Shown one piece after another: positions 35,901-49,109 of a stretch of DNA of 64,000 nucleotides (positions within the stretch are counted from its first letter, which is position 1; each line of letters opens with the position of its first letter). Source of the DNA: Neoechinorhynchus agilis (lineage: Eukaryota; Animalia; Acanthocephala); assembly GCA_051530055.1 (NCBI GenBank), contig CM121342.1:3533489-3597488 (forward strand), in the 5' to 3' direction. The position numbers were made by a program, and so were the translations under genes. Below the pieces are notes generated by a model. That model was not told the origin of the DNA and did no database searches. It saw only the letters and a program-made list of their open reading frames with translations.

Positions 35901-38900
35901 TTATTTTTTGTACAGCATCGTTGTATCCAGGCGGTGGTATTGAACATTTAATAGCATTTCTAAAGCGACTTTGCTGTAGTTTTTATAAAGTTAAGCGAGA
36001 ACGATATTGGTCCTGGTTGCAAACATTTTTTTGATGTTGAACAATGCAGTCAAATGGAACATCACTTTAAACTCGTCTAGGCTAAAGATAATGCTCGACC
36101 TTTAAAAATTCATACAGTAAATTCGCTTGTTTATTAAAAAGTCAATAATCTCATTTTTATGTAGTCAAAATGAGGTCGGCATTCTGAGGAAACCGCATGA
36201 TTAAAATTTAAATCCCAATAACTCGCTTTTTTTCACGCTGGAAACTTTTTTAATATGAATTCATTTGTGTCTTATCGATCCGTCCCGTTGATTGCAACTC
36301 CATTGATCACGGTGTTTTTTTGTGACTTTGAACGAGGTTTAAAAAGCAAATTAATAAATCTACCGAGCAATTGTATTAAATAGTCAAAAGCCATCGACTG
36401 TACTGGGATTGAGAAAACGAACATTCGATTGTTCCAAAATTCGAGAATGGTTTCCGTCAATTTCATAAAACATGCGATCTCATTAGAGTTGTTAGATATA
36501 ATTTTAAGCCGAATGATTCTTCTATTTGTTATAATAAGGTTGATTGCAAAAAAAACATAAACCCGTACGTTCAAATTAAAAGAATTCTGAGAATGTAGAA
36601 ATCCCAATCGCTATAATGTCATTATCTTAAGATAAGCGAATTGCGTTTGATCGTGAACAGTTCCGACCCACGGAATACGCCCAATAAAAAAAGAAGGAAT
36701 TATGCTGATGACTATGCCACACTTCAGCTGGATGCCATCTCGCGGTCTATTATAGTCAGGTGGTTCAGAATGTGGCTAAATTGATATGCTTAATGGTCAT
36801 CAGAGTCTCTATATAGATTCTAAAGGCCTAAGAAGATCCACGCATTCGTCTCAGTTAATCTACGATTGTGTAAATGTTAGTTTTTCTTGGCTTAAAGGTT
36901 GCGCCAAATTTATGGCATGTTTTTTTGCCCGTGTGTATGTGAATGGGGTTCTTTTACCTGAGCGGAAAAAGGAGCAGCAAACGACACATCCTCGCTGTTA
37001 GAGGAGATTCTCCCACTACTGACGGTGATGGATGCGCCGTGAAAATATAATCATAGACATTGCATACGGTGGAAAGTATCTTTTTCCCTCCAGAAAAGGA
37101 AAGACGAATCCCCTCAGCGACACATGTTACCGTGTGGAGTTATCCTGCAACTGTAACGGGGACTAGACACCAGCAGAGAAGATGAAAATGTGCTTGCAGA
37201 AAAAACTGCCTTAGTTTTTGCTTAGGTCCGTCAAATTTCTTACACCGACGAACGTTAGAGCTGTCAGCTTCTTTACAACTGCTACCGAAAATTCGATGCA
37301 TGCCTTTTAGATAGAAGAAGAGAAAGGACCAAGACGCATCTCCGTAATTCCACAGATATTATCATCTTTATTGCCTCGAAGTAGGCCGATTGCTTCGTCG
37401 ATAAACTTACCACCAACAACGCTTGTTTAGAATTCACTAATCAGCCTGTCGATAGCACGGTCGCTTGAACTATCAAGACCGGATACCGTTTAATCTATAA
37501 AGGAAATTTAAGAGATGAGTGCGTTCAGTGCAGGAAGCTCTACCGAGGTCAGTCATCGATCTTCACTTTTTTTCAAGACATTTTTTGAAAGTCCACTCAG
37601 CTTAACCTAAAAACAGTTCTGTCGATTTAATTTCCCATCTCTTATATGTCTCGATAATTATTGAGGACTGGACGATTGTGTTACAAGCAGGTGTATCCAT
37701 TCAGACAGTACAGGAGACTAAATAGACATTCAAGCAATTTATCTTTAGCCGTCGTTACCCCCAAAAGTCCTCAAACATCCATTCTTGAAGCACTAGGATT
37801 TGCAGCTGGGCCGGATCATATAACGATTAATCTCATTTTAAGACTTGTCGATCATAGACTCAACCTAACGACCATTTCGATCGACTATAAGCACCTAAAT
37901 TGATAAGATTAACATTTTGATATTTAGAATTTTTAAGTTTTTTGACCAATAAGCCTTTTTTGCTAGGTTTCCTAAATTTAGGGAAACTTATTTAATACGA
38001 ACAAGCTATATCTTATGATTTTATCACAGTTTAATTTGTCCATTTTTGACTCAGTCGATCAAGTAAAACTTTTTGCAGTCTTCAATGCCAAATTAATACG
38101 AACAAACTATATCTTATGATTTTATCACGGTTTAATTTGTCCATTTTTGACTCAGTCGATCAAGTAAAACTTTTTGCAGTCTTCAATGCCAAATTAATAC
38201 GAACAAACTATATCTTATGATTTTATCACAGTTTAATTTGTCCATTTTTGACTCAGTCGATCAAGTAAAACTTTTTGCAGTCTTCAATGCCAAATTAATC
38301 GACAGATAATGTTTAGGCAATTTAATTTTTAAACTAAAATGTCTTGGAGCGTTATTTTAGTGTTCCTCCAAAGAACGACGAAAAATGCTCGAAATTGTTT
38401 CTAAATTTTATTTTTATTGGCTAGGGCAAACTCCATTTTCAGTACCTGATCGTTCAAGAGCCACTTGTAAATCGCTGCTGAAATAAAGCTTCAATTTTTA
38501 GAACGAAGAAATATATCACTCAGTATGCGAATACGCTGCGCGTGATACAGACGAGATTTCCTTAAGCGAGGATGAACCTGTTAATATTCTCGACCAAGGT
38601 GATGCGGCATACTATCTTGTAAGAAGTCTGAAACAAAAAGCGAAGCGTATTGGATGGGTTCCGATTTGTATACTCGAGAAACGTATTCAGTCAACTACCG
38701 TGAGTTTCATGCATAATTTAACAGTTACAAAAAATGCAAAGTTTAAAGGGAGATCGAAGACTTTCTCTTGAAAGTTCCTTAACTGGCTTGAGTGGAACGG
38801 ATATTTCGAATCGAGAAAGGGCGACAATTGAAGATCTTTTTGAAGGTGAACGAGATTATGTTGGAGAACTTCAATACTTCACCGATACTATATCTACGGC

Positions 38901-41900
38901 AATCGACTCCGATCCAAATTGTCCCACAAAAGTAAAACAATGTAAAATATTGATATTATCAACTACCAAGGAACTTTTGAAGTTTCATAGAACGTAAGTA
39001 CACTTGAGAAACATCTCTAATTGAATCAAATATAAATAGATACTTATTAAACGATTTTTATCATTCAAATCACAATTCACAAAGCATCGCGCGTGCGTTC
39101 TTAACACATTCGGACCAGTTCCACCTTTATGTCAGCTATTTTTCGGATATGAACTTATGCGAGACGACATTTGACAAAAACCCGGAAATCGTTAATTATA
39201 TCGACGTAAGATGATTTGATTTTGATAATGTTTGACATGTACAAAACAGAATGCTCTTCTAAGACATGGAGGAACTCCAGAAAAACCGCTTATGTATTAT
39301 TTAACTAGACCGATAGAAAGATTAGAAGTCTATCGAGAATTTCTAAAGGCTAGTTCATCTTTAATTTCTTTAAAAACCTCACCATTTAATTTTTTAGGAC
39401 ATCGTGAGATTCACAGGACGTCTAAATTCCGATGTAAAGAGTATAGTTTGGGCATTTGGTGCAATCAATAATATTTTCAATCAAATACGATTCAGGGATG
39501 TAATCGCTACAATATCCTGCCTGCCACCTGAATGGCGTTCTTGGGGCGATGTGGAGCGGCAGGTTAGATTCTGATTTGTATAATTTCCTAAAAATGATTT
39601 TTTTAGGATAATGTAGAAATTCTTGAAAATAATAGTTGGCTACGAAAAGAAATTTTAATTTTTAAAGGTCATATTGTCATTTGCGACGTAGTTCAATTCA
39701 AATGGGATGAAAATACAAAGCTTAATTATGACCGCGCAATGCCGGTAGGCTTATACGTTTTTTCGTTGATGATTTGCCACAAGATTAATAGTTGGTCGAA
39801 ATAAGATTTATCCGGGACAATTTTCCTGACCAACGAGAATTTCAACTGTCAACAAAAGACCTGAATGTTCGATTTCGAGCGATAAAACAGTTTACTAGGG
39901 CGGCAATTCTACGAAGACTTCGGTTAAACCTAAATGCACTTGGACTAGAAATCAACGGCGTTGGCATTCAGAGCGTTTTGCCAATTCATAACGTGGAGAA
40001 CATTACAACAAGCAAACGTAAGTCTTAAACCCACCTTTTTTTCAAACTCATAGTTATCGGGGATTCCACACCATTTCAATCAAAATCCGAAATCTTGATA
40101 TAGAAGTCAAATAATTCTCAGATTCCAACATAAATTTAACAATACATCCAAGGAATTTATAAAAGTTCCGATTGGAATTTAGGAACATCATTATCCTCCA
40201 TTGCCCCGAGGTTCCAGCATTCCCTTCTGGATCGCTGATTCTCTGATAAAAATTAGTTGGCTGCACTCTTTGGTGTTATTGTGACTTACACTTTTTCCAA
40301 CTTTGGTTAAAAATTCTGCTTGGTCTGACGGCACCATTTCTCTAAATGGTTAGAGAGGTTATAAAAAGAAAATCGACGGATCGAGGCATTGGTATGAATT
40401 AAGCTTAAGCAAATACATTTAAGGAATTTATAAAAGTTCTGACGTGAATTTAGGAACATCTTTATCTTCCATTGCCTCGAGGTTCCAGCATTTGAATTTA
40501 GGAACATCTTTATCTTCCATTGCCTCGAGGTTCCAGCATTCCCCTTCTGGATCGCTGATTCTCTGATAAAAATTTGGTGTTATTGCGACCTACACTTTTC
40601 CAACTTTGGTCAAAAATTCTGCTTGATCCGACGGCACCAATTCTCCAAATGGTTAGAGAGGTTGGAAAAAGAAAATCTTCGGATCGAGGCATTGGTATGA
40701 ATTAAGCTTAAGCAAATACATTTAAGGAATTTATGAAAGTTCTGACTTGAATTTAGGAACATCTTTATCCTCCATTGCGATCCAGCATTCCCCTTCTGAA
40801 TCGCTGATTCTCTGATAAAAATTTGGTGTTATTGTGACTACACTTTTTCCAACTTTCGTTAAAAATTCTGCTTGGTCCGACGGCACCATTCTCTAAATGG
40901 TTAGAGAGGTTAAAAAGAAAATCCGGATCGAGGCATTGGTATGAATTAAGCTTAAGCAAATACATTTAAGGAATTTATAAAAGTTCTGACGTGAATTTGG
41001 AACATTTTATCTCCATTGCCTCGAGGTTCCAGCATTCCCCTTTCTGGATCGCTGATTCTCTGATAAAAATTTGGTGTTATTGCGACCTACACTTTTCCAA
41101 CTTTGGTTAAAAATTCTGCTCGGTCCGACGGCACCAATTCTCTAAATGGTTAGAGAGGTTGGAAAAGGAAAATCTTCGGATCGAGGCATTGGTATGAATT
41201 AAGCTTAAGCAAATACATTTAAGGAATTTATAAAAGTTCTGACGTGAATTTAGGAACATCTTTATCCTCCATTGCCCGAGGTTCCAGCATTCCCTTCTGG
41301 ATCGCTGATTCTCTGATAAAAATTTGGTGTTATTGCGACTTACACTTTTCCAACTTTGAAAATTCTGCGTCCGACGGCACCAATTTCTAAATGGTTAGAG
41401 AGGTTGGAAAAGAAAATCTTCGGACGAGGCATTGTATGAATTGCTTAAGCAAATACATGAATTTATAAAAGTTCTGACGTGAATTTAGGAACATCTTTAT
41501 CTTCCATTGCCTCGAGGTTCCAGCATTCCCCTTTCTGGATCGCTGATTCTCTGATAAAAATTTGGTGTTATTGCGACCTACACTTTTCCAACTTTGGTTA
41601 AAAATTCTGCTCGGTCCGACGGCACCAATTCTCTAAATGGTTAGAGAGGTTGGAAAAAGAAAATCTTCGGATCGAGGCATTGGTATGAATTAAGCTTAAG
41701 CAAATACATTTAAGGAATTTATAAAAGTTCTGACGTGAATTTAGGAACATCTTTATCTTCCATTGCCTCGAGGTTCCAGCATTCCCCTTTCTGGATCGCT
41801 GATTCTCTGATAAAAATTTGGTGTTATTGCGACCTACACTTTTCCAACTTTGGTTAAAAATTCTGCTCGGTCCGACGGCACCAATTCTCTAAATGGTTAG

Positions 41901-44900
41901 AGAGGTTGGAAAAAGAAAATCGGCGGATCGAGGCATTGGTATGAATTAAGCTTAAGCAAATACATTTAAGGAATTTATAAAAGTTCTGACGTGAATTTAG
42001 GAACATCTTTATCTTCCATTGCCTCGAGGTTCCAGCATTCCCCTTTCTGGATCGCTGATTCTCTGATAAAATTTGGTGTTATTGCGACCTACACTTTTCC
42101 AACTTTGGTTAAAAATTCTGCTTGGTCCGACGGCACCAATTCTCTAAATGGTTAGAGAGGTTGGAAAAAGAAAATCTTCGGATCGAGGCATTGGTATGAA
42201 TTAAGCTTAAGCAAATACATTTAAGGAATTTATAAAAGTTCTGACGTGAATTTAGGAACATCTTTATCTTCCATTGCGATCCAGCATTCCCCTTCTGAAT
42301 CGCTGATTCTCTGATAAAAATTTGGTGTTATTGCGACCTACACTTTTCCAACTTTGGTTAAAAATTCTGCTCGGTCCGACGGCACCAATTCTCTAAATGG
42401 TTAGAGAGGTTGGAAAAAGAAAATCGGCGGATCGAGGCATTGGTATGAATTAAGCTTAAGCAAATACATTTAAGGAATTTATAAAAGTTCTGACGTGAAT
42501 TTAGGAACATCTTTATCTTCCATTGCCTCGAGGTTCCAGCATTCCCCTTTCTGGATCGCTGATTCTCTGATAAAAATTTGGTGTTATTGCGACCTACACT
42601 TTTCCAACTTTGGTTAAAAATTCTGCTCGGTCCGACGGCACCAATTCTCTAAATGGTTAGAGAGGTTGGAAAAAGAAAATCGGCGGATCGAGGCATTGGT
42701 ATGAATTAAGCTTAAGCAAATACATTTAAGGAATTTATAAAAGTTCTGACTTGAATTTAGGAACATCTTTATCTTCCATTGCCTCGAGGTTCCAGCATTC
42801 CCCTTTCTGGATCGCTGATTCTCTGATAAAAATTAGTTGGCCGCACTCTTTGGTGTTATTGCGACCTACACTTTTTCCAACTTTCGTTAAAAATTCTGCT
42901 CGGTCCGACGGCACCAATTCTCTAAATGGTTAGAGAGGTTGGAAAAAGAAAATCGGCGGATCGAGGCATTGGTATGAATTAAGCTTAAGCAAATACATTT
43001 AAGGAATTTATAAAAGTTCTGACTTGAATTTAGGAACATCTTTATCCTCCATTGCCTCGAGGTTCCAGCATTCCCCTTTCTGGATCGCTGATTCTCTGAT
43101 CAAAATTAGTTGGCTGCACTCTTTGGTGTTATTGCGACCTACACTTTTCCAACTTTGGTTAAAAATTCTGCTTGGTCTGACGGCACCAATTCTCTTAATG
43201 GCTAGAGAGGTTGGAAAATAGAGAGCGAACGATTACAAACCGATTTCATTTAGTCCATTTTGGCAAATGTATAACCTAAAAGTGAAATTTTGAATATTGT
43301 TCAGTCTATTCTAGTGGCTGAATAAAACTTGTTATGTTGCCATTTTTTAATTTCTTATAGCAATCTGCAAAGAGAAACAAAATCTCATTATTTTATACAC
43401 CCGCAAATGAGAACAAGCACCCTTTAAAGCCCTCGAATTGTTACATTTCAAATCTAAATAAATGAGAAGGAAATTAAGGGAAACGAAGCTGTTTTATGCA
43501 AAACTCTATCGATACATAGATTTTAAAACCTACAAGAAGAAAACTATTTTCAATCTAATATTCAAATGCCTATAGCGTCTTTTTTGTAGAGCGAATCCGT
43601 CGAATACTTCCAATTTCGAATCTAGGTTTGGTCGAAGAGTACAGAGTCGTCCATAGTTCATCTACGGAGGACATTCACAGGTCAACGACAACTTTTACAC
43701 AAGGAAAGCGGCGTAATGTGAATTTTGCCGACGAAGTGAGTTGTTTTGTGATCTAAGAATCATAGCGAAAATGATTGTTGAAGTTGAGCCTGGGATCACA
43801 GAAGATGCAAAGATTACAACCGTCCATTGTAGACTTTCCAACAAAGGATATAACAGGATATGCCACAGACTGTAAGTCATTCCGTTCTCCGTTTCTCGTC
43901 AAAAATCTCACGTCAGTTGTGAATTTGATTTCGTTCTAATGGTTAGAACCGTAACGTCTGCAACCATTGTAGCCATGTAAGAGAATATCGCGAAACTTTG
44001 CGAATAGTGCGCCAAAATAGTGTTTCATAAAACCCCATTAAAGAACTTTTAATCATCAACTATTGACCCCTTCTTCTTTTTTAGCAGCCATTTATAAGAG
44101 TTTATGTAGATCGGAAGGTCCGGTACTGAAGGCGATGAATAAATCAGTCCGATTTGCACCACTAAGGAAACCAATGTTTAGTAAAAAATTGAGCGATGTT
44201 CACGCATTAGGTATGTGGTGTCGAGCAGTTCCAACTTAAAAAAGCTGTTATTTCTAGAGGGTACTGAGGTCGTTTTGGACTGCCTTGCAGAATGTGACTA
44301 TGATACGTCCTTCGTTTGGTTGCATAATAATCAACCGATTTCGAACAGAATCGAAAATGGGCAGGATGCCAATAAGTTTTGGCTAAGAATCAATGTTTGT
44401 TTCAATTAAAGTCGCAAATTGTATAAAATCTTGATTTAGAGAGTCACAATGCAGGACGCGGGCACGTATTCAATAAAAGTATCATGCAATGGAGGTTCAA
44501 TAAGTTGCAGTTGCCGGTTGCACATTACGGAAGGTACGTCTGCATGGGGATTGTTTAATTTCACTTTTAACAATATTGAATTTTTCGTGTATCCATCAAC
44601 GGGCTTTAATCGGAAAATGCTTTCCAGCTACATTTTATTGAGAACGCACAAAGGTACCCGTGGTACAATTACCAATTGCAACTTTATTCAAAATTATACA
44701 AAGAACTATATTTTAGATCGAATAAAGGATTGCTCTTGTCGTCCTATTCCAACTTGGATAATCTTATTTTGTAAAAGAACAGAAAATCGAGTAAAATGAC
44801 AGTGTAGTCGTTTTGGTTTCTAGAGGAGTCTAAATCGCTTATTTTTACCTGTCCAGAAATTGAGAAACATCTTTATTAGAGAAAAATTGATTCCCAAGCA

Positions 44901-46140
44901 TTTTCGAATTCGTACCGAACATCCATCAAATGTGGCTTGGGCCCGATAGTCGAATATGCAGCCAATTAGGTTGAGATAACTCGTGTTAGGACGAAAAGTT
45001 GTTTGTGGGGTTGAAGAGATTCCTTTAATATCTTTGCCAAATATTGAAACGACTTCTTTAAATATTCAAAATTAGAGTAAAAAGTCGGGTGAAACGTAAA
45101 ATATCCATCTTTTCTAAAGATGGATATCATAATGTCATCGTCTGGCACATTTTTTATTACAAGATATTACGAGATTGTTCTCCAGAATAAAAACAAAACA
45201 AGATTGCGTCGTTTTTATCTTTTGAGTAGACAAAATATTAGGAGGTATTTCCGTTTTATTGGATATATTTAAGAATTTCTTAACTCTCGATAGGAAACAT
45301 TTTCTAGCCCCCGGTATAATTTTGTTTACCAACAACAACAACAAGAACGAATAAAATATTTTGTTGAATCGTCATTTATGAACATTAAAAGCATCCACTG
45401 AGCTTTATTCGCCCGACAAGGACGTTATAAAGTATAACAGACTTGACTGTGCAATTTTTCATCTGAGTTGAAATGAGTCAGTGTAGAAGAATGAAAAAAA
45501 TAAGAAGCTATGTGGGCGTTTAAGCTAATTTCACGGACTCCTTTTTATTGAGTGTGAAATGCGAAATCATTGAGAGAAATTCTATTGGGCTTCAAATCAA
45601 GCTTTTCCCCGACGTCCAAAATGACCAAAGGCATTGCTGACTAACCTGATCGTAGCTGCTGCTGCTCATCTCGTTTCTCCGGGGAATATTTGTCTCTTAG
45701 AGGAATAGACAACACATCGCTTTCATCAGATCGCAGTGCATCATCGCCATTTATCTATATTTAGTCGCAAGAAGCTCGTCGTCAACAAGAAGCGTTCTCG
45801 CAAGCAGATCTGCTCCATATTTCATCCAGTCTTTGGAAGTTCATCATAAGCCTACTGAACGACGGGCAATCATTGAGTGTAAAGTTAACTGCGAACAGGA
45901 CGCGACAATGCAATGGTGAGTCATTCTTGCGACTACATTTTGCATTGAAAGATCTTTTTAGGTACAAAAACAATGAAGTTATAGTTCCTGACAATCGAAA
46001 ATACGTTGCGATGTTCAATCGGACGTCAAGGTCATTTTCGTTGTCAATTAATGACCTTAATCAGGCAGATGCCGGGATTTATGGAATCAGGGTTTGGGAT
46101 AGGAATGGAGAAATCGGTTCAGCGACGAGTATAACTCAAG
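29923..46140 (+). CDS. unc-89: UNC-89/obscurin-like gene, 5' part (Ig, low-complexity exons, SH3, DH, PH, Ig); exon structure only partly resolved
   Basis: Ig exon 29923-30248 (GDRVQLAC..W.K..DEDLYKC), linker exons ~31789-32030 and ~32778-32903, SH3 38502-38699, DH 38735-39566, PH 39608-40017, Ig exons ~44170-44520 and ~45780-46140. Splice phases agree where checked; the true start was not found. Confidence 0.8.
31176..31356. repeat. Palindrome 2 (intronic): ~78-bp inverted arms with a degenerate hammerhead motif
   Basis: Right arm GCAATT-CTGAAGA(31283-31289)-A-GGCC-agcgagca-GGCC-GAAA-ATT, apparently one nt short in stem III in both arms. Spacer gtaagttttaaaatatgtgag. Confidence 0.88.
35620..35787. 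repeat. Palindrome 4 (intronic): ~68-bp inverted arms with an apparently intact hammerhead motif
   Basis: Right arm AATTGA-CTGAAGA(35724-35730)-A-GTCCA-gtgagat-TGGAC-GAAA-TAT-T-TCAATT; the left mirror has CTGAACA. Confidence 0.92.
35718..35762 (+). ncRNA. Minimal type I hammerhead ribozyme candidate
   Basis: 6-bp stem I (AAUUGA/UCAAUU), complete CUGANGA and GAAA cores, 5-bp stem II, self-complementary AUAU stem III, AUU cleavage triplet. Confidence 0.75.
37992..38299. repeat. Three tandem copies of a 101-bp unit (intronic)
   Basis: ttaatacgaacaa recurs at 37992, 38093, 38194. Confidence 0.95.
38502..40017 (+). other. SH3-DH(RhoGEF)-PH exons of the UNC-89/obscurin-like gene
   Basis: EYAARDTDEISL..DEPVNILD..YYLVR..GWVP (SH3); RATIEDLFEGERDYVGEL and YYLTRPIERLEVYREFLK (DH); RKEILIFKGHIVICD (PH). 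Confidence 0.88.
40150..43220. repeat. Intronic satellite-like array, ~12 copies of a ~255-256 bp unit
   Basis: ggaatttataaaagttc recurs at 41714, 41970, 42225 and onward. Terminal copies are more diverged; scattered indels near 41300-41460 suggest sequencing noise. Confidence 0.93.
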
Positions 46141-46834
46141 GTAAGAAGCGAATAATTGCAGGAGGAGGGGTAGTTCCTAAAGTGTGATTGATCTCCGATG
46201 TGAAGGTGTCGGGTGTGTAAAGAATCATCATCAAGGAATCCAAAATTAGGACGTCAATGATTGTCTCTCCTATAAGTCTAAAGCGCTTTTAATGGGAAAT
46301 TATTGCCGGAAACGGGGTGTGTAATAGCGTCGTGATTCGCTTCTGGATCGCCGTTAAGATCATTAGAAGATGGGATCGCCTGCTTTTTTAACACTAAAAT
46401 CATTGAATTTAAAGAAGTTCTGTATTTTTTACCAGGGCGAGATAAAAATACCTACTTTTTCTTAGTTTTGCTACCCCTTGGATTTAAAAAGTCGCATAAT
46501 TCTGACATTTCCCCAATGTTTATCATTGCTTGCAAGCTTTACACGAACTCGCAAAAAAAACTTAGAAGCAATGACAAACCTTGATAACTTCGAAATTATC
46601 AAATGTGAAGTATCAGATATAAATTAGTGAATTTAAATCATGAATAAAAATAGTTATATTTTTGTTCTTAAATAGTAGAACTAAAATATTTTTTCTTTAT
46701 CTCACCCCTCATCATCAAAACAAACTATGAACATTATCTTTACAATTTTAATTATTTCCTTATATATTTTCTAAACTCTTTTTTTCATTTGGTTTCCTTT
46801 GGATTTAAAAATTCACTGATTTATTTCCTTCCGA

Positions 46835-48495
46835 CATTTCCATAATATTTGACATTATAAATATCAAAAAGAGGTATATTTTCCATATTTTGAAAAGAAA
46901 GCCTTTTTTCTAATTTCATTCTGATTTAAAATTTCAATACTAACTTTTTTCTTAGTTTTGCTACCCGTTTCCGATAATTTACGTTCGATAATTCCGATAT
47001 TTCCCCAATATTTGACATTATAAATATCAAAAAGAGGTATATTTTCCATATTTTGAAACGAAAGCCTTTTTTTCCAATTTCATTCTGATTTAGAATTTCA
47101 ATATTAACTTTTTTCTTAGTTTTGCTACCCGTTTCCGATAATTTACGTTCGACAAATTCCGATATTTATCCAATATTTGACATTATAAATATCAAAAAGA
47201 GGTATATTTTCCATATTTTGAAAAGAAAGCCTTTTTTTCCAATTTCATTCTGATTTAAATTTTCAATACTAACTTTTTTCTTAGTTTTCCCACCCGTTTC
47301 CGATAACTTACGTTCGATAATTCCGATATTTATCCAATATTTGACATTATAAATATCAAAAAGAGGTATATTTTCCATATTTTGAAAAGAAAGCCTTTTT
47401 TCTAATTTCATTCTGATTTAGAATTTCAATATTAACTTTTTTTCTTAGTTTTGCTACCCGTTTCCGATAATTTACGTTCGATAATTCCGATATTTCCCCA
47501 ATATTTGACATTATAAATATCAAAAAGAGGTATATTTTCTATATTTTGAAAAGAAAGCCTTTTTTCTAATTTCATTCTGATTTAGAATTTCAATACTAAT
47601 TTTTTTCTTAGTTTTGCTACCCGTTTCCGATAATTTACGTTCGATAATTCCGATATTTCCCCAATATTTGACATTATAAATATCAAAAAGAGGTATATTT
47701 TCCATATTTTGAAAAGAAAGCCTTTTTTCCAATTTCATTCTGATTTAAAATTTCAATACTAACTTTTTTCTTAGTTTTGCTACCCGTTTCCGATAATTTA
47801 CGTTCGACAAATTCCGATATTTCCCCAATATTTGACATTATAAATATAAAAAAAGAGGTATATTTTCCATATTTTGAAAAGAAAGCCTTTTTTCCAATTT
47901 CATTCTGATTTAGAATTTCAATACTAACTTTTTTCTTAGTTTTCCCACCCGTTTCCGATAATTTACGTTCGACAAATTCCGATATTTCCCCAATATTTGA
48001 CATTATAAATATAAAAAAGAGGTATATTTTCCATATTTTGAAAAGAAAGCCTTTTTTCTAATTTCATTCTGATTTAGAATTTCAATACTAACTTTTTTTC
48101 TTAGTTTTGCTACCCGTTTCCGATAATTTACGTTCGATAATTCCGATATTTCCCCAATATTTGACATTATAAATATCAAAAAGAGGTATATTTTCCATAT
48201 TTTGAAAAGAAAGCCTTTTTTCCAATTTCATTCTGATTTAGAATTTCAATACTAACTTTTTTTCTTAGTTTTGCTACCCGTTTCCGATAATTTACGTTCG
48301 ACAAATTCCGATATTTCCCCAATATTTGACATTATAAATATAAAAAAAGAGGTATATTTTCCATATTTTGAAAAGAAAGCCTTTTTTTCCAATTTCATTC
48401 TGATTTAGAATTTCAATACTAACTTTTTTCTTAGTTTTGCTACCCGTTTCCGATAATTTACGTTCGACAAATTCGGATATTTCCCCAATATTTGT
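46835..48495. repeat. Array of ~10 copies of a ~164-bp AT-rich unit, flanked by a related direct copy (~46410-46520) and an inverted copy (~48525-48620)
   Basis: gacattataaat recurs at 46851, 47014, 47179, 47343 and onward. tttttcttagttttgc in the unit is reverse-complemented as gcaaaactaagaaaaa near 48535. Confidence 0.92.
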
Positions 48496-49109
48496 CATTT
48501 CTTGTAAGATTTTAAATATGAGAAATCCTGGATGGCAAAACTAAGAAAAAGAAAGTATCTTTTTTCCCATGAAGATTAAAATTTCACTATTAATTTCCTT
48601 AGCTGACACTTTTGCAATTGATGTGTTTTTCAAAGAAGAAAAACAAAATTCTAAAAAAGGCAATAATTTCCCGACGTTAAGAAAATTTAACGATAAAGAT
48701 CGATGATATTAGAATAAAGAAGAATTGATTACCAATATTCCATTATTTAAGAAGATTCAATTTGAAATTGTTCGTGAAGTCTCAAACAACTCGGTTAATG
48801 GATAAAATAGATTATACCGACCAGAAGTTGCTTTTGAACGAATTGAACGCATTGCAACAACAACAACAACAACGAAGGCTCTTAATCCGGTACAAATCCT
48901 TTATTTACATCACAAATCTTAGAAGAAGCAAGAAGAACGCATTTTCTTAAGTAGCTGAGATGTTTGCAGCGTCTTTGTTAGGATCTTTTTTTTGGGAGAG
49001 CTTAAATTATTTTTTTTTCGAAACGTATTTTGTTTCGTTTTTCGATAGGAAAATTGTTTTTAATTCGAACAAAGTCTCACATATTTGTAATGGCAGTTTT
49101 TCAGACAGG

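Noticed and set aside
37000-37560. Possible minus-strand pseudogene or TE coding remnant
   Set aside because: Coding-like composition but no motif I can name.
48960-49109. Longer N-terminus for RagC/D
   Set aside because: T-rich, Phe-rich translation typical of non-coding sequence; ATG 49110 gives a normal acidic N-terminus.
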